Below the pieces are notes generated by a model. It made no database searches. It was not told where the DNA came from and was given only the letters and a program-made list of their open reading frames with translations. Position numbers and translations under genes: made by a program. DNA of 14,202 bases, taken from an uncultured Gemmatimonadota bacterium (GTDB taxonomy: Bacteria > SM23-81). Within the stretch, counting starts at the first letter, position 1. Every line of letters starts with the position of its first letter. This document shows positions 7,259-14,202 of the stretch, piece after piece. Location of the stretch: assembly GCA_964584035.1 (NCBI GenBank), contig CAZOYL010000065.1, forward strand, positions 1-14,202. Reading direction: 5' to 3'.

Positions 7259-8076
7259 GCGCCGCCGGCCTGCGGCGAGCGCTGATCGGCTGCCTGTGGA
7301 TGGGGCTGTCGCTGGCCGGCGCCATCGGCCCGACGGTCGCAGAGGAAACGATCACGGAGGAAACGATCCATGGCCGGGTCCTCGAGGATGTGCTCTCCGA
7401 TCACAGCCGGTTCTACTCGTCGGGGAATCTTCGCTCGCTCTCTCTGGGCCTGCTGGGCGCCTGGCTGCTGGCCAACACCGAGGCGGATGTCAGCGTTCAG
7501 GATTGGTACCGGGAGGAGATCAGGACCCGGGCCAGCGATGACGCCGCCGGCTGGGTCAAGCCCCTGGGTGACGGTCGGATCATGGTTCCGGCGCTATCGG
7601 CGACCCTGCTGGCCGGCCGGCTGATCGGGGAGACCTCCGCCGGCCGGACCCTCGGCCGGTGGTCGGGCCGCTCGCTGCGGGCCCTGGCGGTGGGAGCTCC
7701 CGCGCTGCTCCTGCTGCAGGTGGCCACCGGCGGCTCGCGGCCCATAGAGAACGACTCCCGCTGGCGCCCCTTCGAGGACGACAACGGGGTCAGCGGGCAC
7801 AGTTTCGTGGGCGCCGTGCCTTTTCTGTCGGCCGCCGGGATGAGCGAAAACCGACTGCTGCGGCCGCTGCTGTACGCCGGATCCTCACTGTGCGGCCTCT
7901 CCAGGATCAACGATGATGCCCACTACCTGTCACAGTCGGCCATGGGCTGGTGGGTGGCCTTCCTGGCCTGCCGCAGCGTGGACTGGACGGAGTCGAAGAA
8001 GCGCGGTTTTCAGCTCCTGCCGGCCGTCCCCGGCGAGGGGGGGGAGGCGGGCATAACGGTGGTGGTCGCTTTTTAA
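7255..8076 (+). CDS. PAP2-superfamily phosphatase
   Basis: C1-like ...GGSRP, C2 GVSGHS and C3 SRINDDAHYLSQ motifs with hydrophobic helices. ATG 7255 overlaps the upstream stop (ATGA). Confidence 0.85.
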   Translation: MSAAGLRRALIGCLWMGLSLAGAIGPTVAEETITEETIHGRVLEDVLSDHSRFYSSGNLRSLSLGLLGAWLLANTEADVSVQDWYREEIRTRASDDAAGWVKPLGDGRIMVPALSATLLAGRLIGETSAGRTLGRWSGRSLRALAVGAPALLLLQVATGGSRPIENDSRWRPFEDDNGVSGHSFVGAVPFLSAAGMSENRLLRPLLYAGSSLCGLSRINDDAHYLSQSAMGWWVAFLACRSVDWTESKKRGFQLLPAVPGEGGEAGITVVVAF

Positions 8077-8138
8077 CAGTGCGGGCCGGGAGCCGCCGAG
8101 GGTGCGGCCAGCCGTCTTTTTCAACCGGGGGGCTGACG

Positions 8139-8810
8139 ATGGAATCCTATGTAACGGCCGAGAACTTAGAGGAAAAAACCAGGATCTGGCTGGACCGGAT
8201 CGCCCCGTTCAACCAGCATCAGCTGACGCTCAACCGCGATCGGGCCGCTCTGCTGGTGATCGACATGCAGCGCTTCTTCCTGGATCCCGGCTCGCCCACC
8301 TTCACCTGCGGGGGGCTGGCCGTCCTGCCCAATGTGAAAAAACTGGTGGAGGCTTTTCGCGGCGCCAAACGCCCGGTGATCTTCACCCGGCATGTGCATC
8401 ATCCCGATGGGCTGGACGCCGGCATCATGGGCTGGTGGTGGCAGGGGATGTGTCGGGAGGGGACCCCGGAGAGCGAGGTCCACGATGAGATCGCCCCGCT
8501 ACCCGATGAGAAGGTGATCCTCAAGCACCGCTACTCCGCTTTTTACAATACCGACCTGGAGACGGTCCTGCGCTGCCTCAGGGTCGAGGATCTGGTCATC
8601 GCCGGCATCATGACCAACATGTGCTGCGAGTCCACCGCCCGGGACGCTTACTACCGGGACTACCGGCTGTTCTTCCCGGCCGACGCCACCGGCAGCGTGA
8701 ACGAACAGATGCACCTGGCCAGCCTGCTGAATCTGTCCTGGGGGTTTGCGTGTGTGAATAAGACGGAACAGATCCTGGCTCAGCTGGAAGGGAAACCGAA
8801 TAAGCGATAG
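8139..8810 (+). CDS. Isochorismatase-family cysteine hydrolase
   Basis: Catalytic triad motifs LLVIDMQ (D), KHRYSAF (K) and GIMTNMCCESTARDA (C). ATG 8139 follows a G-rich SD and avoids overlap with the PAP2 gene. Confidence 0.92.
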   Translation: MESYVTAENLEEKTRIWLDRIAPFNQHQLTLNRDRAALLVIDMQRFFLDPGSPTFTCGGLAVLPNVKKLVEAFRGAKRPVIFTRHVHHPDGLDAGIMGWWWQGMCREGTPESEVHDEIAPLPDEKVILKHRYSAFYNTDLETVLRCLRVEDLVIAGIMTNMCCESTARDAYYRDYRLFFPADATGSVNEQMHLASLLNLSWGFACVNKTEQILAQLEGKPNKR

Positions 8811-8852
8811 GCAGTCAGCAGCGGGCGGCAAGCGAGAGGCGGATCTTCAGAA

Positions 8853-9758
8853 GTGAGCGACACGAAAAACATGGCCGGTTTCACGGCCCTCTTTCTGGTG
8901 GGCATCGGCGTGGTGCAGGTGGTGTTGGGAGCGACCATCTCTAAAAGCGTGGCCCTTACCGCCAACGGCATCGACTGCATCGGCGACGGGTTCGTCTCCA
9001 GCGTGGTATGGGTGGGCTTGAGATTTTTCCGGCGCCCGGCCGACGGTCGGTTTCACTATGGTTATTACAAATTAGAGAATCTGGCCTCGGTGGCGGCGGC
9101 CGCCATCATGGTCCTGCTGGCCCTGTACATCGGTTTTCGTTCCTACCTGCAGATCACCGATCCCCATCCTATCCAAACGCCCCTGCTGGGGGCCGTCGTG
9201 GCCCTGGTGGCGGCGATCGTGGCCATCGTCCTGGGCGTCATTAAGATTCGCCGCGGCCGGCGGAGCCGTCTCAGCTCCGTGAAGCTGGAAGCGTTCAATA
9301 CCGTCAAGGATGGGGCCGCCTCATTACTGGCCGTGGTGGCTTTAATTCTGGCCAGTTATGGATATACCCTGGCCGATGCCATCGTCGGTTTCATCATCGC
9401 CGTGATCATTCTCAGCATCGGATTCGCGGCCATCAAGGAGGCCGGTTATATGCTCGCGGATGCCTGTGATACCGCCTGTGTCGACCAGAGCATGGTCATC
9501 CAAAATCTGGTGGCTCGGATCGAGGGCATCAAAAAGGCGCACCTGGTTCGCCTCCGCCGGACCGGCCCGGTCTACCAGGGGGAGCTGGTCGTGCTGGTTC
9601 CCGGAGAGATGACCATCGCCGAGGTGGAGGAGGTGAAAAGGGAGATCGACAGCGTGTTACGGGAGAATATTCCGGATCTCGGCAACCTGACCATCATCGC
9701 ATCGCCGTATCCGGAGGAGGAAAGGCAGGAGGAAGAAGAGCCGGAGGGAAAGACTTAA
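8853..9758 (+). CDS. Cation diffusion facilitator (CDF) family transporter
   Basis: Six hydrophobic segments, SKSVALTANGIDCIGD, PADGRFHYGYYKLENLAS signature and a C-terminal dimerisation domain (VRLRRTGP). Start may be ATG 8871. Confidence 0.9.
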   Translation: MSDTKNMAGFTALFLVGIGVVQVVLGATISKSVALTANGIDCIGDGFVSSVVWVGLRFFRRPADGRFHYGYYKLENLASVAAAAIMVLLALYIGFRSYLQITDPHPIQTPLLGAVVALVAAIVAIVLGVIKIRRGRRSRLSSVKLEAFNTVKDGAASLLAVVALILASYGYTLADAIVGFIIAVIILSIGFAAIKEAGYMLADACDTACVDQSMVIQNLVARIEGIKKAHLVRLRRTGPVYQGELVVLVPGEMTIAEVEEVKREIDSVLRENIPDLGNLTIIASPYPEEERQEEEEPEGKT

Positions 9759-9849
9759 TAATATAGGGAGCTGAGATGGAAGATGTGAAAAACAGGACCG
9801 CTGATACCGAAACCAATTCTTCAATTCATTCATCGAAAGGAGGCATCCG

Positions 9850-10332
9850 ATGAGAAAGTCGATGACCTGTTTTCTGGTCCTATCCATGGTTCTGAGCAGC
9901 CTGATGGTGGCGGCCTGCGGCGGGAAGAAGGAACAGACCAGCTCCGGCGAGGCCACGGAGGAGGCCGGCAAACCCGAGGAAAAAGCCGACCAGGGCGGCC
10001 ATGGATGGAGCGATGTGCCGGAGTACAAGGGGGCGGCCAAGACCGAGGCGGAAGTGCCGATGAACGTTCCGGCGGCGGCCAGGGGGGAATACGAACGGAG
10101 CGAGAGCCGCCAGTACACGACGACCGATACTCCCCTGCAGGTTCACGAATACTATCTGGAACAGATGTCCGGGAAGGGATGGCACAAGCTGTTTGCCATG
10201 AAGTATCCGGAGGGGTCGGCGGTCAGCGCCTGGGTAAAGGGCGATGGGGGCAGAGGCTGTGTGATCAGCACGGGGAAGCTGAGGGATGGAAAGACCTACA
10301 TCGGGCACCTGCTCAACGAGGGCAAGAAATAA
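9850..10332 (+). CDS. Hypothetical lipoprotein
   Basis: AAGGAGG SD, basic N-terminus, hydrophobic core and lipobox-like VAAC, then a low-complexity linker and a small alpha/beta domain (DVPEYKGA...VHEYYLEQMSGKGW). Confidence 0.8.
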   Translation: MRKSMTCFLVLSMVLSSLMVAACGGKKEQTSSGEATEEAGKPEEKADQGGHGWSDVPEYKGAAKTEAEVPMNVPAAARGEYERSESRQYTTTDTPLQVHEYYLEQMSGKGWHKLFAMKYPEGSAVSAWVKGDGGRGCVISTGKLRDGKTYIGHLLNEGKK

Positions 10333-10352
10333 CTATTTTCTCAGGAGGCGGT

Positions 10353-10931
10353 ATGAACGAGATCTCTGTCAAGCCCGATCGTGGACAGAGAACTGTATGG
10401 CTGATTCACTGGTCCCTGTGGTTCTTTCCGATCCTCGTCTGCCTGTTGGTTTTGATGGTCATCAATCCGCTGCTGTTCGGACTGTGCGCCCTGGGCTGGA
10501 TCCTTTTCATGCTCCCCCTGGTGCTGTGGCTGGGAGCCTATTTTCGATCCTTGGATTACGCAGTCGCCGAAGATGTCATCAAAGGCCGGCGGGGGGTTCT
10601 GTTCAAGCGGTCCGTCACCATGCCGGTTCATAAGATCACCAATGTGGACATCACCCACGGTCCGCTGCAGAGAAAATTCGGCGTGGGCTATCTCCACTGC
10701 CAGACGGCCGGCGCAGGCGGTCAGCAGGGCGCCCGGGCGGAGTTGAAGATGGAGGGCATCCGGGATCTGGAGAAGGTCAAGGATGCCATCATGGAGCGGA
10801 TCAAGGAATCTTCGATGGTGGGCACCGAGACGGCCGGGCTGAAGGTTGCGGCCGCGGGTGAATCGGATGCGCTGGGACAGATGCTGAAAGAGCTGAAGGG
10901 GATTCGGGAGGCGCTGGAGAAGAGAGCGTAG
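10353..10931 (+). CDS. Bacterial PH-domain (bPH_2/YdbS-like) membrane protein
   Basis: AGGAGG SD before ATG 10353, two TM helices, then RRGVLFKRSVTMPVHKITNVDITHGPLQRKFGVGYLHCQTAG typical of bPH_2. Confidence 0.85.
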   Translation: MNEISVKPDRGQRTVWLIHWSLWFFPILVCLLVLMVINPLLFGLCALGWILFMLPLVLWLGAYFRSLDYAVAEDVIKGRRGVLFKRSVTMPVHKITNVDITHGPLQRKFGVGYLHCQTAGAGGQQGARAELKMEGIRDLEKVKDAIMERIKESSMVGTETAGLKVAAAGESDALGQMLKELKGIREALEKRA

Positions 10932-10934
10932 TCC

Positions 10935-11309
10935 ATGTATACCAAAGATCTGGATGCATGTGAAGGGTTCACCGCCGGCGACGGATCGCTTCTCCGGGAG
11001 CTGCTCAACCCGCTCAAGGACGCGGTTCGTGTGAATTTCAGCCTGGCTCACGCCGTCGTGCGGTCCGGCCAGGCGACCCGACCCCACAGGTTGAAGAGCG
11101 CAGAGGTCTACTATATAATGGAGGGCGCCGGCGAGATGCGGGTCGATCATGAGGCCGCCGCGGTCCGTTGCGGCCAGGCGGTCTACATTCCTCCCGGCTC
11201 TGTCCAGAGCATTCGGAACACCGGCGAGGGGGATCTCGTATTCCTGTGCATCGTCGATCCGGCCTGGAGGCCGGAGGATGAAGAGATGGTCGAAACGGAT
11301 GATTCGTGA
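10935..11309 (+). CDS. Cupin domain protein
   Basis: FSLAHAVVRSGQATRPHRLKSAEVYYIMEGAG and GQAVYIPPGSVQSIRNTG cupin motifs. Confidence 0.9.
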   Translation: MYTKDLDACEGFTAGDGSLLRELLNPLKDAVRVNFSLAHAVVRSGQATRPHRLKSAEVYYIMEGAGEMRVDHEAAAVRCGQAVYIPPGSVQSIRNTGEGDLVFLCIVDPAWRPEDEEMVETDDS

Positions 11310-11866
11310 TGACGACGGATGACGGCCGGGCATTCCATATCGTCGAGGTCTCGGAGACAGCCAATCCCCTTCTGCCGGAGATGGAAAAAGTGCTCCGGAA
11401 ACTCCTGCCGCAGTTGCGGCCCGGTTTCCGGGAGATTCTCGCAGGCCGTTTCGACGATCGAGGACGGGTCAGAAGGCAGATCATGGCGGGACTCTGCGGC
11501 GGCCGGGTGGCCGGGCTGATGCAGGTGTTCTATCGTCCCTGGCGGGATGGCCTGGTGGGGAACGTGGATCTTCTGGGCATCTCGGCCCGGTACAAGCTGC
11601 CCGTGGCCGGCGTCGTCTGGCTGACCGAGCCGGACGAGGGTCCTCCGGGCTCATGGACCAACCGGCGCGTTCGGATGTTCGAGCGGCTGGGGGGACAGGC
11701 CCGCCGAGATCTGCGATACCGTTATCCGGGGCACGCTCGGCGGCCAATACGGGCCCTTCCTGAAAGATTGCTCTTTCGCCGTCGAGGAAAACGGGAATCT
11801 CACAGCCACCTGCATCCGAAAGGGAACCATCATGAGACAGGTGCTCCACAAACAGGCGCTCCATAA
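11306..11866 (+). pseudogene. Probable eroded GNAT-like acetyltransferase gene(s)
   Basis: GNAT-like strands (IMAGLCGGRVAGLMQVFY, GNVDLLG) and the late motif (VWLTEP..RRVRMFERLGG) are present, but the acetyl-CoA motif A expected after VDLLG is absent. After RYRYPG the frame looks non-coding, while another frame encodes a GNAT-like fragment. Confidence 0.5.
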
Positions 11867-12758
11867 ACCATCGCCCCTACAGCTATCGTTCCGTATGGCG
11901 GCCATCATTTTTCTCACAACTTTTCTGTGCGCCGGCTGCGCCCAGAAGCAACGGTCCATCAACCCGCCCCTGCCGGACCTGCTGACCCTGAGCTTCTCCG
12001 GCCTGGAGGATCTTGGATCCGGGTACGCCTATGAGGGCTGGCTGATCGTGGAGGGTGTGCCCGTCTCCACCGGGACCTTCACCGTGGACGAGGGCGGGAA
12101 CATCAGCCAGTCGGAGGTTCATGTCGATGCCGAGGATCTGGCGGCGGCCACGGCCTTCATCCTGACCATCGAGCCGTCTCCGGACGACCATCCGGAACCG
12201 TCGCAGACCCATTATCTAGCCGGCGACTTTTCCAGCGATGCCGTTCTCACGGTGGGTCATCTGGATGCCCTCAGGTCGAACTTTCTCTCCGCTGCCGGCT
12301 CCTATCTTTTAGAGACGCCTACCACGGCCGACGATGCGGATGATTTTGCCCAGGGCATCTGGTTTGCCATACCCTATGTCCAGCCGCCCTGGGGGGCGCT
12401 GCTGCAGCTGCCCGCCATCCCGCGCGGGTGGCTCTACGAGGGCTGGGTCATCGGGCCCGGCGGACCCGTCTCCACGGGCAAGTTCGACGCCACCGGCTAC
12501 CCGGACATGGATGGTCCCGGACCGGCAGCCGGACCGGACCCGGGGCCGCAGTATCCCGGACAGGATTTCATCGATCCGCCGATGTCCCTGATCGGTTATC
12601 AGGTGGCCGTCAGCATCGAGCCCGACCCGGACAACGACCCCGGGCCGTTCACCCTGCAGCCGCTGATCGCTCTGGAGATGGAGGATTTCGAGGCGGGCCT
12701 GCCCCAGCCCATGACCAATAACGCCGGCTCATTTCCCACCGGGATGGCCGGCCGGTGA
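11832..12758 (+). CDS. Lipoprotein with two tandem 'YEGW' repeats (RskA/anti-sigma-like fold family)
   Basis: Lipobox-like FLCAGC. Repeat 1 is GYAYEGWLIVEGVPVSTGTF...ILTIEPSPDDHPEP and repeat 2 is GWLYEGWVIGPGGPVSTGKF...AVSIEPDPDNDPGP. Start may be ATG 11895. Confidence 0.75.
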   Translation: MRQVLHKQALHKPSPLQLSFRMAAIIFLTTFLCAGCAQKQRSINPPLPDLLTLSFSGLEDLGSGYAYEGWLIVEGVPVSTGTFTVDEGGNISQSEVHVDAEDLAAATAFILTIEPSPDDHPEPSQTHYLAGDFSSDAVLTVGHLDALRSNFLSAAGSYLLETPTTADDADDFAQGIWFAIPYVQPPWGALLQLPAIPRGWLYEGWVIGPGGPVSTGKFDATGYPDMDGPGPAAGPDPGPQYPGQDFIDPPMSLIGYQVAVSIEPDPDNDPGPFTLQPLIALEMEDFEAGLPQPMTNNAGSFPTGMAGR

Positions 12759-12850
12759 GCAGATCCGAGGCCGTTTTCTTCCCGGAGGTCGCGAACAGAG
12801 AGGCCCGGCCCGTCTCTTCCTCAAACTGATCCGGCCATAGGAGCCCGATA

Positions 12851-14128
12851 ATGCCAGCGCGCAGTACCATCGTCCATGGGCTGTTCACCCTGCTGAGCGG
12901 CCTGATCATCGTTTTTCCAACTTCCGCTGCCGCGGAGGAGGATCTTGTGATCGAACAGCTGTTGCGATCCCGGACGGATCTGTTCGGCCCGGTGTTGGAG
13001 AACCTCGACAAGCACCAGGTCCAGATCATCTACACCCGGATCGACCGGGACGGGGAGAACAAGCCCCATTTCCGGACCCATTCCTTCCGCCTGGATCCAG
13101 GGGCCTACTTCTATCCGGCCAGCTCCATCAAGATCGCCGCCGCCGTGATGGCCCTGGAGAAGCTCAACCGGCTGGAGATCGAGGGCCTGGACAAGAGCAC
13201 CCCGCTGCGTATCGACTCCGCCTACACCGCCCAGACGGCCGTGACCGGGGACGACACCTCGCCCACCGGCCTGCCCAGCATCGGACACTATGTCAAGAAG
13301 CTGTTCGTGGTCAGCGATAACGACGCCTTCAACCGGCTGTACGAGTTCGTCGGCCAGCAGGTTCTCAACGAAACGCTCTGGAATAAGGGTTACCGGGACA
13401 TCCGGGTCACCCACCGGCTGGCCATCGCCCGCACCTCGGAGCAGAACCGCCACACCAATCCCTTCACCTTCTACGATGGCGACCGGATCATCTACCGGCA
13501 GCCCCCGGCCTATAATCCCACCCAGTACAGCGCTGCCGAGCCCATCCTGCGCGGCCGGGGCTATATCGACAACCAGGATCAGCTCATCGAGGAGCCCAAG
13601 GACTTCACCCGCTCCAATTTCGTCTCCCTGGCCGTCCTGCAGGGCATTCTCCAGGCGGTCCTGTTCCCCGATGCGGTGCCGGAAAAACGGCGCTTCAACC
13701 TGACCGAGGAAGATTATGCTCTACTCTACCAGACCATGTCCATGCTGCCCCGGGAGAGCCGGCACCCGGAGTACGACCCGGAAGAATATTCCGACCGTTA
13801 CGCCAAGTTCTTTCTCGGGGGCGGGGGCCAGGAGCCCCTTCCCGGACCTGTCCGCAGTTTCTCCAAGTCCGGCCTGGCCTACGGGACCCTGACCGAGAAC
13901 GCCTACATCGTCGATTTCGAGAACCAGGTCGAGTTCCTCCTGACGGCTACCATCTACGTCAATGAGAACGGGATCTTCAATGACGGCGTGTACGAATACG
14001 ATGACATCGGTCTGCCCTTCCTGGCCGACCTGGGGCGGGTGGTCTATGAGCATGAGCTGGACAGGAAGCGGGAGCGCGTGCCGGATCTGGGGAGGTTCAA
14101 GGCAGTGTATGAGGAGGAAACGAAATAG
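12851..14128 (+). CDS. Secreted serine hydrolase, class A beta-lactamase-like fold
   Basis: AGGAG SD, signal peptide, and SxxK (YPASSIK), SDN (VSDNDAFN) and KSG (FSKSGLAYG) motifs in canonical order. Confidence 0.88.
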   Translation: MPARSTIVHGLFTLLSGLIIVFPTSAAAEEDLVIEQLLRSRTDLFGPVLENLDKHQVQIIYTRIDRDGENKPHFRTHSFRLDPGAYFYPASSIKIAAAVMALEKLNRLEIEGLDKSTPLRIDSAYTAQTAVTGDDTSPTGLPSIGHYVKKLFVVSDNDAFNRLYEFVGQQVLNETLWNKGYRDIRVTHRLAIARTSEQNRHTNPFTFYDGDRIIYRQPPAYNPTQYSAAEPILRGRGYIDNQDQLIEEPKDFTRSNFVSLAVLQGILQAVLFPDAVPEKRRFNLTEEDYALLYQTMSMLPRESRHPEYDPEEYSDRYAKFFLGGGGQEPLPGPVRSFSKSGLAYGTLTENAYIVDFENQVEFLLTATIYVNENGIFNDGVYEYDDIGLPFLADLGRVVYEHELDRKRERVPDLGRFKAVYEEETK

Positions 14129-14202
14129 AGTATGACCCGGGCCGATCGGTTCGATGGACGAAGCGTAACTAATCTATAGAATGGGATCCATGCCTTCTGA
14201 TG

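Noticed and set aside
7950..8138. N-terminal extension of the isochorismatase ORF (and likewise 10005..10352 for the bPH_2 ORF)
   Set aside because: They overlap upstream genes in other frames, and better SD-supported starts exist at 8139 and 10353.
1590..12758. Read-through of other TGA stops (1590, 3686, 7256, 11307, 12756)
   Set aside because: Each ends a complete domain, and I saw no SECIS-like hairpin or redox-motif context after them.
2651..14053. Long antisense ORFs (e.g. 2651..3754, 5903..6766, 10341..11333, 12821..13453)
   Set aside because: Typical stop-poor antisense frames of GC-rich coding genes, with no recognisable domains.
12851..14128. Bona fide antibiotic-resistance beta-lactamase
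   Set aside because: The protein is much longer than class A enzymes, has no recognisable ExxLN omega-loop motif and has no mobile context. Only the fold-level call is supported.

Overview
GC-rich, apparently chromosomal bacterial window with no mobile elements or CRISPR array. It starts with tRNA-Ala(CGC) on the - strand. Divergent from it is a terminator-bounded oxidative-stress operon behind a consensus sigma70 promoter that overlaps a Fur/Per-box-like palindrome. The operon encodes a PerR-like regulator, a rubrerythrin/ferritin-like diiron protein, a double-CxxC protein disulfide oxidoreductase (PDO) with an apparent signal peptide, and a 48-codon membrane ORF missed by the ORF track (2379..2525). 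That small ORF has an in-frame UGA (..GVST-U-MKSTC..) followed by a bacterial-SECIS-like hairpin, so it is a candidate selenoprotein and the main finding. All remaining genes are on the + strand: BadF-type GlcNAc/MurNAc kinase, Omp28-like CxxC protein, DUF3160 protein, PAP2 phosphatase, isochorismatase-family hydrolase, CDF transporter, lipoprotein, bPH_2 membrane protein, cupin, an eroded GNAT region with apparent deletion scars, an internally duplicated 'YEGW' lipoprotein and a class A beta-lactamase-like serine hydrolase. Family calls come from motif recognition by eye, not database searches.
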